Assembly: GCF_001194135.2 (NCBI RefSeq)
Contig: NC_068994.1
Location: 22,666,698 to 22,730,697, forward strand
DNA length: 64,000 nt
DNA from: Octopus bimaculoides
Lineage: Eukaryota
Direction of reading: 5' to 3'
The position numbers and the translations under genes were made by a program. The notes beneath the pieces were generated by a model, which saw only the letters and a program-made list of their open reading frames with translations, was not told the DNA's origin and did not search any database. Positions 1 through 11,815 of the stretch are shown piece after piece. Position 1 is the first letter of the stretch. Each line of letters starts with the position of its first letter.

Positions 1-20
1 TTACATTGTAGTAGTTAATA

Positions 21-176
21 GTGGTTGGCGTTAGGAAGGGCATCCAGCTGTAGAAACTCTGCCAAATCAGACTGGAGCCTGGTGTTACCATCCGGTTTCA
101 CCAGTCCTCAGTCAAATCGTCCAACCCATGCTAGCATGGAAAGCGGACGTTAAACGATGATGATGATGATGATGAT
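21..176 (+). mobile_element. 3' tail of RTE LINE family (5'-truncated copy or tail-sharing SINE) ending in (GAT)n
   Basis: GGTTGGCGTTAGGAAGGGCATCCAGCTG...CCAACCCATGCTAGCATGGAAAGCGGACGTTAAAC(GAT)n; same tail ends the RTE at 12071-14195. Confidence 0.8.
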
Positions 177-642
177 AGATCGCTAATCACTACACACATT
201 TTTCCTCTGCTTGTTTCTTACTGTAGAAGAGCATAGGCTCAAAACGTTAAAGACTTTTTCAATTCCTGAGCGTTATACTAATACATCTGTTTGTTTTCTA
301 CACTACCTGTCTTCGTCTTTTGTTTTTTGTGAATTCTCCCTATATATATATATATATATATATATGCATACATACAATATATATATAATATTTGGACTCT
401 ACTGTGATTTTTTAACCCCAAGAGGACATCTCTAGCGAGTTAATGATGTAGAGCTGCATCCAATAAATTGCAAGCAGAGGAGCAAAGCTCTACCACATTC
501 TAGCGACAGAACCAGTAGACTGGTCCTGGTTTCAACCTATTTCTGCCCTCTTGGGATTAAAAGAAATCACAGTAGAGTACGTTCAAATGGACAGCCATGT
601 TGAAGTGGCTATGAATAGTACAACAATTGCATCAATTTCTTA

Positions 643-788
643 GAGGAGTTGCTGTGTGGTAAGAAACTTGCTTCTCAACCAGATGATTCCAGGTTCCCAC
701 TGCGTGGTACTTTGACAAGTTCCTTCTACAATAGCCTCGGGCCAACCAAAGCTTTGTGAATGGATTTGGTAGACAGAAATGGAAAGAA
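643..788 (+). mobile_element. tRNA-derived SINE family A, 5' part
   Basis: Matches the head and core of the full copy at 17183-17572 (GCTGTGTGGTAAG...CCCACTGCGTGG...GGATTTGGTAGAC). Confidence 0.8.
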
Positions 789-979
789 CAACAATATTTT
801 CTTGTGAAAACAATAAACTATTCATTTGACTTTTAGTATATTCTCAGTTCATTTAATATCACTTTGTCTTTTACATTCATATTATACACCCAATGGAATA
901 CTAGAAGTAATAAGCCAGTTGTTTATAAGGGTAGATTCATTTCTGGAGAATACTCTTCCAGATTGAAAAACTCTCCAAT

Positions 980-1190
980 ACTCTTTGGATTTTTATGGTG
1001 AAAAAAAGAGTTGTGTTACATTATTATTTGATGATGCACAGTAACTACATGTTTGTTAATAGAGCACATTCAAAGGATTCATTTGAACAATGTTTGTGTC
1101 AATATCAGGGGAATAACTTTCTTAATAACTCAGAGTAAACTATAAACTGAACCCCTTTTTACATTTAATTGAAGAACTTCTTAGTTAAAT
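980..1190 (-). mobile_element. Possible Penelope-like relic (RT to endonuclease linker)
   Basis: Frameshifted minus-strand pieces (KLFP...SYCASSNNNVTQ) resemble the Penelope SYSC..N linker; highly degenerate. Confidence 0.3.
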
Positions 1191-1343
1191 TTGTTTTTTT
1201 CCATCACACATTGGTCAAAAATAAAGGTTTCTTCTGCTAAAAACATCTAGACTGGAATTTTATTCTAAGTTCCTTCCTTCTTTTTTGCAAGTGAAATTTT
1301 ACAATATATAAAAAATTAAGGATTTTATATTGATACAAGTTAA

Positions 1344-1590
1344 GGTGCATGGCCTAGTGGTTATGGTATTGCACTCATGATTGCAAGGTTGTAGTTTCAA
1401 TTCCTACACCAGTTGCATGTTGCATTCTTGAGCAAAACACTTCATGTCATGTCACTCCAATTAATGGGTAATGCTGGGACAGGCTGATGGTCTGTTCAAG
1501 GGGAATGTTGGCCTGCCTGCCTAGCCAGAAAGATGATATCATTGAAAAGCTAGAACAATGCAAACTGCATTGTGACAAGTGATGCACGAC
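1344..1590 (+). mobile_element. tRNA-derived SINE family D
   Basis: A-box TGGCCTAGTGG and B-box-like GTTTCAATTCC; related copy on minus strand at 54265-54500. Confidence 0.65.
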
Positions 1591-2680
1591 AACATCCAGT
1601 AGTCTGGTTGACATTATTATATCACTAATCTTGTTACTCATGAACATCACACAGCTAAAAATCTTGAAAATCACTACAAACGTTATGTCTTACTATCACC
1701 TTCACTAATTTGCAAACCAGAATTTAATCACAATCAGCACACTCAATTGATCACTGCATGAGTATATGCAAATGATATGAACCACCTTTGGAGGGTATAG
1801 AAACTTATCAGTGATAGACACTAGCAAAATCTTGAAGACAACAACCTGATTTTGGGAGTATGCTGATTTGTCTGACTCTGGCATTATTGCTGAAACTCAA
1901 ATCCTTCTAAAAATTTGGGAGCTTCTATGTAGTTACTTAACTGGCTGAAAAGAGTAGCCAAATTTGCCATAAATAACATCTTAAAGTTCTTAGGTAAAAA
2001 AAAAAAAATATCTTGGACAATGTAAACCTAAAAATAGGGGTCTTTGATCATAGGTCTGTTTTGATTAGGGTGGACATAAAGCTAAACCCCCAGGTAGTTT
2101 ATAAACATTTGCGAAATTACATTTTGATATCCTTCATTTTCTAGAGTAACTTACATCAAAATAAAATGTAAAGAGGTCTTCTGATCCTGTAGCTGTATAT
2201 CCTGAAAACTTACAAGCATGAAAGAAAGAGTTTTTAACATTCAGCAATTTTTGCAAAACCAGTCCAGTTCCATATTCTTTAACTTGGCACAGATCAAGAT
2301 TCTTTGAAACTTTATAATGAACTATGACTTGAAATCTTTTCCAAATACAGAAATCAGCTTACTTATCTTGGATCTTATGGCAAGAAATTCCACAAGTGAA
2401 AGGTCATTTTCAAAGTTCAAGTAGGTAGGAAACAATAATGGACAAACAAGTATTTTGAGTTAGAGAGAACAGCAAAGTTTTTTTTTTTTTTTGGGAACCT
2501 TGTCAATTTTGAAAGACAGTGCCCATGGCTCTTGTAGTCCTTCTAGTATGACAATCAAAGTTGCATGTTAAACATCAAAAATATATTTTGGGGGTGTCCA
2601 AGTTTATGGTCAAGTTAAAAATTTAAAGTTTCAAGATATGAAAATGAACTAGCAACCTCACATAACTTTAAGCTAGCCCT

Positions 2681-2690
2681 GGTGGTGGTG

Positions 2691-2766
<76 letters not shown>

Positions 2767-2793
2767 CAGCAGCAGCAGCAGCAGCAGTAGCAG
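2681..2793 (+). repeat. Compound microsatellite (GGT)n(AGT)n(AGC)n
   Basis: Directly visible trinucleotide tracts. Confidence 0.95.
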
Positions 2794-3285
2794 CTATAAT
2801 CTTATTGAGTTCAGACTCTATACAGTATTTAGTTCAAACCCTATTAGAGTTATCTTTGTCTTTCATAGACTGAACATCAATAAAATAAGTGGAATTAAGT
2901 TTCATCAAAAGAAAAATAATACAGCTCTGCTATAGAAAAGAAATGAATTCCTGGTTAGCTAAGCTCATAAAATAGGAAAACCACAACTTTCTATTTCTCC
3001 ACCTACCAAATTTAAGGCATTTTAGTACAACTTCCTCACATTCTGTATGGTTTCATACATCATAAGGAAATTCATGAATGTACAATGAAAAGAAACATTC
3101 AATGAAACAAAATCCAAAAAGATTCTGCAACCACAGCAACACTACATATGCAGGATGTGAGGAGCATTTGAGGATACTTAATTATCAGTATATTGCCCTC
3201 TTCAAAGCAATTAAAAGGTTTCATTTCTTTTTTTATAAGGACATCACAATTTACCCAACAGTTTCAAAATATCATCAATGATCAT

Positions 3286-3610
3286 CATCCTCATCATCAT
3301 AATTTAACATTTTCCATACTGGCATGGGTTACACGGTTTGAATGGAGATGGTAAGCCAGAGAGTTGCACCAGGCTCCAGTCTGTTATGGCTTGGTTTCTA
3401 GGACTGGATACCCTTCCTAGCACCAACCACTCCACAGTGTACTGAGTGTTTTTTACGTGTCACCAGCACGACTGCCTTTACGTGTCACTGGCACTGGCCA
3501 TGACCATGATTTTGCTTGGATTGGAGTGTCTTCTCAAGCACAGCAATTCACCAGAAGTCTCAGTGACTTGTCATCACCTCCATGAGACTCAACACCCAAA
3601 GATCACATTT
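3286..3610 (-). mobile_element. RTE 3' UTR/tail copy
   Basis: (ATC)n then TTTAACATTTTCCATACTGGCATGGG...GGATACCCTTCCTAGCACCAACCAC, with two TTTACGTG units. Confidence 0.75.
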
Positions 3611-3619
3611 CACCATCTT

Positions 3620-4535
3620 GTCCCATAAAAAAATCAATGAGGGCTATAGCCAAAGAACTTCAGGTATCAGAATGGACTATTACAACTGTGATGCATGAGA
3701 AGATTTTATAAAAGTCATATGTACTAAGGAGAGGACAATTCATCTGCAAAGATATAGGAAAACAGTTTGATCCATCCCAAGCAGTTATTTAACAATGCTA
3801 AAACCCCTTACAAAAGTAGCATGCTTTGGTGAGATAAATAGCATGCTCTGATGAGATAAACTTTGATCAACACCAAAAGTGCAAGAGGAGAAATGACAGA
3901 TGAAGATCCTGCTTATGTCCCCAGAGTGATACACACTAAGTTACCAGCAACTGTGATGGTTTTAGGTGTGGTGAGCAATGAAGGTCATATCATGCCACTT
4001 CACATATTTCCACAGGGTCTTAGAATTAATGTTGCCAGGTACACCGAGGTGCAGCTGTTAAGCCTTGGCAGGATGAAGTAAACAGTGGAAGATCACACGT
4101 TTCAACAAGACTCAGCACTTTCTCACAAAGCTCACATTCTCCAAAAGTGCATGTCAGACAATTTTTACAATAATGATATACCAAACTCATGGGTTCCAAA
4201 CTTGCCAGATTTAAATCCCATGGACTACTATGTTTGGAGCATTACTGAAAGGGAGGTTAATTGACATCCTCACAATACCTAGCTTCACTGAAGACTTCCA
4301 TTTTCTAGGTGTTGTTCAAAATCATTAAGAACATTTGGTGTAAGTGTGTCGATGATTCCAGTCCTACACTGAAGCAATCATAGGCGCAGAAGGCAGATTT
4401 ACAAAATAATCTTATAAAAGAGCTTATTGAGAACATGCACACAAACTTATATTAAAATACATTTGGTTTTTGCTAGATTAGAGTTGTTTTATTAAATTAA
4501 CAAATATGCCCTAAGATACCTCTTGTACTCTGTAT
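3620..4535 (+). mobile_element. maT/Bmmar1-type (DD37D) transposon relic
   Basis: VMVLGVVSNEGHIMP and FQQD-x37-DYYVWS (37 residues counted between the Asp at 4109 and the Asp in PMD); stops and frameshifts. Confidence 0.8.
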
Positions 4536-4544
4536 ATATAAATA

Positions 4545-5250
4545 TATATGTGATATAAAAAGTACATGACTTTATTTTTTCCTGGCAAAATTAGTGACAC
4601 ATGGGCAAAATCCTTTGGGTGGGATGTAATGCTATTCCTCCTGTGCATGTATGAAATTTTTCACACTGGTAGGCCATATCAGTTCCCAGCTGTTATGTTT
4701 AGAGTACAGCTGTGTAGTGCATGCTTGTTGGATTTTTGTTTCAACCGAATGCATTGAGCAGAGATACTGCATCAAGTTTTGCTCCAAACTTAGTGATACT
4801 TAAGCTCAAACCATCCAGAAGATTCAGCAGGTCTTTGGCAATGATGCCATGGGCAAAATTTATATTAAGGAGTGGTACAACCACTTCAAACATGGCTACA
4901 CCTCAGTGGAGAGTGAGGTATGCTCAGGCAGACCATCCACAAGCTGAAATGAGGAGCTGACTGAGAAAGTTTGGCAAATAGCTATGGAAAAACATTGTGT
5001 AACAATCCAGGAAATTGCTCATGAAGTGGGAATAAGCACAGGATCAGTGCATTCCATTTTAATGGAGGATTTGTGCTTGCAGAAAGTGTTAGTGAAATTT
5101 GTTCTAAGGTGCTGATGGAGAAGCAGAAGCAACTCAGCATGGAAACTGCTCAGAACATGCTGGACTGTGCAAACCATGACCCAGTCTTCCTGAAGACCAC
5201 CATTACCAATGATAGTCGCTGCTCAATGTGTTCAGTCACCTTGCATGACA
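4545..5250 (+). mobile_element. mariner relic, N-terminal half
   Basis: EQRYCIKFC...EWYNHFK...SGRPST HTH region up to the ITND (first Asp region); breaks off at the TA preceding the next element. Confidence 0.75.
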
Positions 5251-6399
5251 TATGAGGTGGTATCAAAAAGTTCCCAGACTAATTCTGTAGCATGCCAGCA
5301 GATGGTAGCACATGATTGCATGTGCTACCATCTGCTAACAGTGGCCTTCATGAGGCAGTGTGCCAAGTGATATTGAAGTGTTTACTTCACAAGTTGTGAA
5401 ATTTGTGCTTTTGTGATCACATATATTCTGTAGTCCACAATTGTCATGGACAGGAAATTGGAACAGAGAGCCAATGAGAAATTTTGTGTTAAACTTGGGG
5501 AGTCTGCTACTGAGGCATTGAGCATGCTTTCGTAAGCTTACGAAGCAGTGGGTCATATGCAATGTTTCGAGTGGTACAGGTGTTTCAAAAGTGAAAGACC
5601 ATCCATAGAAGATGATGAATGATCTGGAAGACCTGCCATGAGTGTCACTCCTGAAAATGTGGAGAAAATTCATCAGAGAACAATCAATGACATTGATGAT
5701 GTTGTCGGTCTGTTGTACAGGTTCATGCAGGTAATTCTAATGTCTGAATTGAACATGCAGCATGTCTCTACCAAGTTTGTCCCCCGCTTGCTCACCATTA
5801 AGCAGGAAGAACATTACACTGAAGTCCATCAAGATTTCCACCAGTGAGCCACTGCTGACCCGTCCTTCATGCCAAAGATCATCACCGATGATAAGAGTTG
5901 GGTGTACGGGTACAACCCTGAGACAAAACAGTTGTCACAATGGAAAAGCACTTCATCTCCACTACCAAAGAAGGTACAATAGAGCTTACAGCTCAATGAA
6001 GAGCATGCTCATTGTTTTTCTTTTTTGCCATCCATGGTATTGTGCATCAAAAATTTATCCCCCAGGCCAGACCATCAGTCAAGAGTTCTACTGTGATGTT
6101 TTAAAGAGTTTCAGAGAGGACATTCAGCGAAACTGACTGGATCTGTTGAGCGCAAAGAATTGGATTCTTCACAACAATGCACCCTGTCACTGAGCTCTCC
6201 TCACTCGTGAGTTTCCCACCAAAAACAACATGATATTACTTCCACACCTGCCCTGTTTGCCAGGTTTAGCACCTGCAGACTTCCATCTCTTCCCCAAGAT
6301 GAAAATGCAGTTCAAAGGTCACCATTTTAACACCGTTGTCGAGATCCAGAGCAAATCGTAGAAGGTCCTTGACTGACTTACAGAAAACAACATCAAAGT
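5251..6399 (+). mobile_element. Second mariner relic (different subfamily), 3' end lost in gap
   Basis: TA+TGAGGTGGTATCAAAAAGTTCC TIR-like start; KFVPRLL, IITDDKSWVYGY, HNNAPCH, LAPADFHLFPKMK motifs with stops and frameshifts. Confidence 0.8.
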
Positions 6400-6866
6400 N
6401 NNNNNNNNNNNNNNNNNNNNNNNNNNNNNNNNNNNNNNNNNNNNNNNNNNNNNNNNNNNNNNNNNNNNNNNNNNNNNNNNNNNNNNNNNNNNNNNNNNNN
6501 NNNNNNNNNNNNNNNNNNNNNNNNNNNNNNNNNNNNNNNNNNNNNNNNNNNNNNNNNNNNNNNNNNNNNNNNNNNNNNNNNNNNNNNNNNNNNNNNNNNN
6601 NNNNNNNNNNNNNNNNNNNNNNNNNNNNNNNNNNNNNNNNNNNNNNNNNNNNNNNNNNNNNNNNNNNNNNNNNNNNNNNNNNNNNNNNNNNNNNNNNNNN
6701 NNNNNNNNNNNNNNNNNNNNNNNNNNNNNNNNNNNNNNNNNNNNNNNNNNNNNNNNNNNNNNNNNNNNNNNNNNNNNNNNNNNNNNNNNNNNNNNNNNNN
6801 NNNNNNNNNNNNNNNNNNNNNNNNNNNNNNNNNNNNNNNNNNNNNNNNNNNNNNNNNNNNNNNNNN
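6400..6866. other. Assembly gap
   Basis: Run of N. Confidence 1.
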
Positions 6867-6991
<125 letters not shown>

Positions 6992-8142
6992 CGTCTTCCA
7001 TAATCTTCTAAATATTGACTTTGGGTTCTTGTAATGTTATATTGGGAATTTAGTATTTAACAAAGACTGTCTTTCACCTGAGGACGTAGCTTAAATTCTG
7101 CATTATTTTGAAAGATTTTTTGCATTTTGTATTAATGTAAACATGCAAGTATTCTATTTATTATTAAATATAATAATATAAATTACTGACATGCTTTTAA
7201 GTTATAAAACAATGTTTTTAAGTCACGAAATAATGTTTTTAAGTTACAAAACAGTTTGTCATGATATTTGAATTTTCTTATTAATAAAATTTCATCAAAC
7301 TGTTTCTCTATCATTTATGACTTTATACACTCCTTATGGTTTTCTCTTGTATTGTACTATATATTCTATATGTTTTGTAGAATGATACATTAAGGAGCTT
7401 TTTTTATGAGTGCTACCAGATTACTTGAATCTATATACTGTGACTTAAATTTATATATATGTAATACACAACATTTATGTAATACATACATACTGATACA
7501 CACACATACAATTCATATGAGGTTGGAATTATAGAAAATTATGTTATCTTCATCATGTCTAATTTGTAATAGAGAGAAGATATGCTGAACAAAACTTAAC
7601 AATCATTTTCTGTATGATGACAAGTTCCATTATTCCACAGTAAAAAGCATTTAAAAACTGTAGAGAAAATGTGAATACAACAGAAATTTAATAGGTGCAA
7701 TATGAACAATAGTTGTGATGAAATTTCATGTTTATTACAATAGATCTTCTCAAAGTTTCATCATATTCAACTTTCCCCAACAATTTATTTCATAATTACC
7801 ATCTTCCAATGGCAAGAAATGATATGTAAATTTTAATGACATTTACTCTTCACATGTTTGTGACATTTTTTGCTTAATTTTGTCTTATTTAGAATAACTT
7901 AGCACCTCAAGCAAAGCATCTCAAATGTCTTCATATCTCAAGAAATTTGTATCACACTTTGCATTTAATGTCTTCTATATAATGTAGTTAAAAACAAGTG
8001 CCATAATGTTCCAACATACCCCAAATTCAATGAACTATATCAGTTTAACGTCATGTCATGCATGCAAAAGGAACTGGTGAGAATCTTTAAAATGATAGAC
8101 AAATACAATTCCTGATAATTCAAATTAATGACTAAACTATTT

Positions 8143-9618
8143 TCATATGTTCATATAATGTGGTACATCAGTGTGTTGTGAATCTGGTTGTGGTGTTGGC
8201 ATGTCTGGAACTTGTGAATTTGGCTGTTGTGATGGAGTCAGATCTGAGTCTTGTGAACCTTGAGGTGGTGGTAAGTCTGTATGTTGTGAACCTTGTTGTG
8301 ATTGAGGAAGGTCTGCATGTTGTGGAGCTTGTGGTATATCAGATGGTTGTGATATGGATTGTGGCATATCTGTGTGTTGTGAGTTTTGATGGGATGACAT
8401 ATTTGTATGTTGTGTGTTTTTTTGTAGATCTTGCTGCTGAGGTGATATATTTGCGAGTTGTGAAGTTTGTGATTGTTGCTGTGAAGTTTGTGACTGGGAT
8501 ACATTCAGCTGAGACTGATGAATATCAATGAATTGTTGATTCTGGGTTGATTGAATTGCCTGTTGTTGTTGTTGTTGTTGTCGTGGTGATCGCTGCAGGT
8601 GTTGAGGGACACAGCTCAGTTTTCTGTCACCATTATTAGTTTTCTGATGCCTCTCAAGATGATCTTTTCGAGAAAATGCAAAACCACATATGTTGCATTT
8701 AAAGGGGCGCTCCCCAGTATGAGTACGTTTGTGCAACTTTAGTGATGATTTCTGAGTAAAAGACTTTAGACAAATATCACAGCTGAACATTTTTTCATTT
8801 GTATGAGTTCTTCTGTGCCGTTCAAGTGTGCTATTATCATGAAAGGCTTTACCACAAATTCCACATTTGAATGGCAGTAGTGCTGCATGTATACGTTCAT
8901 GCACTTCACCATCAGAGTGCTCTGTGAAAGCCTTCCAGCAAGCCTTACAATTGAATGGATTTTTAGGACTTTGATATTTTTGCATATTGCTTACATTTGT
9001 AGGTGCATTACTTCTTGGAATAATGACAGCATCATGACTTCTAAAATGCCTTGTTAGATCTCCTTTACGAGAAAAAGCACAGCCACAGATACTGCATTTA
9101 AAATTCTTCTCAGCTAGATGATGTTGGTAAATAGTAGTATTGCTCATATGAGAGTGAGTTGTGGTATTAACATGTGTTCGCATGTGGCGTGTAAGATTAC
9201 CATTTCGAGAAAATATACAGCCACATATATGACATTTAAAAGATTTGTCAGTACGTTGATGGTTACAAGAAACACTACTACTGCTGAAAGTGGTGGTTAT
9301 TGGAACTCTGTGAGTTCGCATGTGACGTGTCAAATCTCCATTACGAGAAAAGATACTCCCACAAATATTACATTTCAAAGGCTTTTCTCTTGTGTGTATC
9401 ATTTGATGTTGTTTTAGATGATACTCTTGACTAAAAACTTTACCACATGTGTCACAGTTAAAAGCTTTGTCCATTTGGTGGGTCCCTTTATGTTGCTCAA
9501 GGTTGTCGTAACAAGTGAAACCTTTTCCACAAATTTCACAACTATGTGACCGTTCTACACCATGAATAGAATCAACCAAGTCAAAGTTAGGAATATTTGA
9601 TGGTATCATATGATTCAT
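8143..9618 (-). CDS. C2H2 zinc-finger protein, 491 aa: 8 C2H2 fingers plus 1 atypical terminal finger, Gln-rich repetitive C-terminus
   Basis: Uninterrupted 1476-bp ORF; CxxC-x12-HxxxH at aa 27, 55, 83, 129, 175, 224, 252, 280 and an incomplete finger at 308; TGERPF linker; candidate acceptor TTTCAAG 10 nt upstream of the ATG; no KRAB/SCAN/BTB recognised. Confidence 0.93.
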   Translation of the reverse strand: MNHMIPSNIPNFDLVDSIHGVERSHSCEICGKGFTCYDNLEQHKGTHQMDKAFNCDTCGKVFSQEYHLKQHQMIHTREKPLKCNICGSIFSRNGDLTRHMRTHRVPITTTFSSSSVSCNHQRTDKSFKCHICGCIFSRNGNLTRHMRTHVNTTTHSHMSNTTIYQHHLAEKNFKCSICGCAFSRKGDLTRHFRSHDAVIIPRSNAPTNVSNMQKYQSPKNPFNCKACWKAFTEHSDGEVHERIHAALLPFKCGICGKAFHDNSTLERHRRTHTNEKMFSCDICLKSFTQKSSLKLHKRTHTGERPFKCNICGFAFSRKDHLERHQKTNNGDRKLSCVPQHLQRSPRQQQQQQQAIQSTQNQQFIDIHQSQLNVSQSQTSQQQSQTSQLANISPQQQDLQKNTQHTNMSSHQNSQHTDMPQSISQPSDIPQAPQHADLPQSQQGSQHTDLPPPQGSQDSDLTPSQQPNSQVPDMPTPQPDSQHTDVPHYMNI

Positions 9619-10143
9619 AGTGAATTTTCTTGAAATATTTGATTTTTTAAAACAAAACAGAAATAAAACTAAATATGGGCTTTAATCAAGATTGAATAAT
9701 ACTAATAAATTCAATTACAAATTATTTCATTAAATCTAAAATCTAGTTGAAAGAGTTACTGAAACATTTTTTTCCTTTTATTACACTTGTTTGGGGCACT
9801 AGAGACAGTGCCTACATCCTTTATAGGACCATCTAAATTTGTAGATATTGATAATAGGTGAGATTAGGATATGATTAATGTTTAAATTGAATTATTGTAG
9901 GTTGGTGATTGGAAAGAAAACAGGACAGGGAACAATGGAAAATAACAGTATTATATTATAACAGTAATTATTATATCAAATTTTGAGAAAGGTTTGAAAA
10001 GAAAAACGAAAAAAAGAAATGTTTACAAATTTCTTCAATATAAATAAAATCTTACAAAAAATAATAATGTATGGATGAGAAATAATTACTGAGAGTAATC
10101 TATAAACATATATACTCTTTCATCAGTATTATATTCTATTCAA

Positions 10144-10445
10144 GGTGGAGAGCTGGCAGGATCATTAACACACCAAGCAAAATGCTTGGTGACATTTTGT
10201 CTGTCTTCATGTTCTGAGTTCAAATTCTGCTAGGGTCAACTTTGCCTTTCATCCTTTTGAGGTCAATAAAATAAGAACCAATTGAGCACTGTGGCTAATA
10301 TTATCTGTGTAGATATGCATGATTGCTTACCTTCATACATTTAAAATATGACACCAAATTTCACAATCTGAATAGAGTATAATATTGGTTTCAAATTTTG
10401 GCACAAGGCCAGCAATTTCAGGGGAGGAGGTAATTAACTTATTGA
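10144..10445 (+). mobile_element. SINE family B with its 3' end inverted
   Basis: GGTGGAGAGCTGGCAGGATCATTAAC...TTCTGAGTTCAAATTC on plus; the family 3' end (GCTGGCCTTGTGCCAAAATTTGAAACC) lies on minus at 10385-10445. Confidence 0.7.
10331..10367 (-). other. Candidate 37-nt 5'-UTR micro-exon of the 8143-9618 gene
   Basis: CTCTATTCAG|...GAAG|GTAAGC splice-like signals; motif evidence only. Confidence 0.25.
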
Positions 10446-11113
10446 TAATAATATTCTTGAATAACAATCAGGTTGATCTGACAACAGGTTTAGCCATTCA
10501 ATCGGTGATATGGTTATCTGGAAAAAATGTATTAAAAAAACAATGATGAATAATAGAAATAAAGCAGATGAAAATAAGAAATTATAATTACAAATCAAAG
10601 TTTATGTTATCTATAGATGAAATAAAATTCTGAAATTAATGACTTTTGTGCTTGACTTTTTCAATCATTCCAGCCTCCATTCATTTCAGGCGCTTTGTTC
10701 CTGTAGAGTGGATTTAAACTACAGAGTTTAATTTCAACTGTAAAGTAAGTACTTCAATGTCTTTGACTTCATGCATAAATATATTAAAAACCACCAGTTA
10801 AAAATATAGATCCTGAGTTAAAACTCCCAACAAAGAGAAATATATAAATTTTTTAAAATAGGCCCGAGATNNNNNNNNNNCTCATTTATATATAGCCATG
10901 GTTAGGTTATTGTAGAAAATTATGATTAATATTTGTGAAAGACACAAAGTAATTGAAATACAGTAATTGGAAGACAAAGCTAATGTGTGGACTCAGTTTG
11001 CAATGTTAGGTAAAGAACAAACTTATTAAATGGAGAACTACTTTTTTTAAAGTTTAAATTAATTTCAAAATAAAAGAACACCATTATATAGAGAGATAAT
11101 GTGTTAGCATAGA

Positions 11114-11341
11114 TTAACCCTTTCACATTTAAACTGGCAATATCAGGCCCAAACATTCTACCTATTCTACATTCAAACCAGCCAGCTCCAGCCTCTCACA
11201 CCTACCCTACAATATCATTCTAAATATTAATAATCACGTCATCAAAATCTCAAGTCTACAAAATAATGCATAATTAATTCAGAACAGCATAAATAAAAAA
11301 GCATTACATATGACAGCATAATCTGAACGCTAAAGGATTAA
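11114..11341. mobile_element. TTAA-flanked (piggyBac-type) MITE family 1
   Basis: TTAACCCTTTCACATT...AACGCTAAAGGATTAA imperfect TIRs; related copies at 43724 and 51999. Confidence 0.7.
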
Positions 11342-11604
11342 TGTATTCATACTTAGTTATGTCCAGATAACACACTGAAGACCTCTACAGGGTTCCAGGA
11401 CAATTACAGAAAAAAATAAAACAAAAATACATAGCTTTTTCTAGGAAAGATTTTATTCAATAAAGTTTTTAAGCAGTAGCCAGTACTAAATAATGCCTTG
11501 TTATAACTATTTGTGATGGGTATAACCAACTGTAAGATTTCAGATCTATGGTTATTCTACGAGATCTCTATAAATACACGAAACTTAATAATTTACTTAA
11601 GTAA

Positions 11605-11815
11605 AGTGAGAAGCTGGCAGAATCATTAGCACACCAGGAAAAATGCTCAGATGCTTTTTGTCCATCTTTTAGTTCTGAATCCAAAATTCTTCCACGGTTG
11701 ACTTTGCCTTTCATCCTTTTGAGGTAGATAAAATAAGTACCAGTTTAACACTGAGGTTGATACAATTGACTTACCCCCTCCCCTGAACTTTTTGGCCCTA
11801 AACCAATATTTTGCT
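11605..11815 (+). mobile_element. SINE family B
   Basis: GAGAAGCTGGCAGAATCATTAGC...GACTTTGCCTTTCATCC...AAAATAAGTACCAG. Confidence 0.75.

Noticed and set aside
2682-2873. Poly-Val/poly-Ala ORF
   Set aside because: Translation of a compound microsatellite, started at a non-ATG codon.
8160-8531. Plus-strand Val-rich hydrophobic ORF (also 8238-8504, 9118-9417, 50993-51710 shadows)
   Set aside because: Antisense shadows of Gln/His-rich codons in the ZNF genes.
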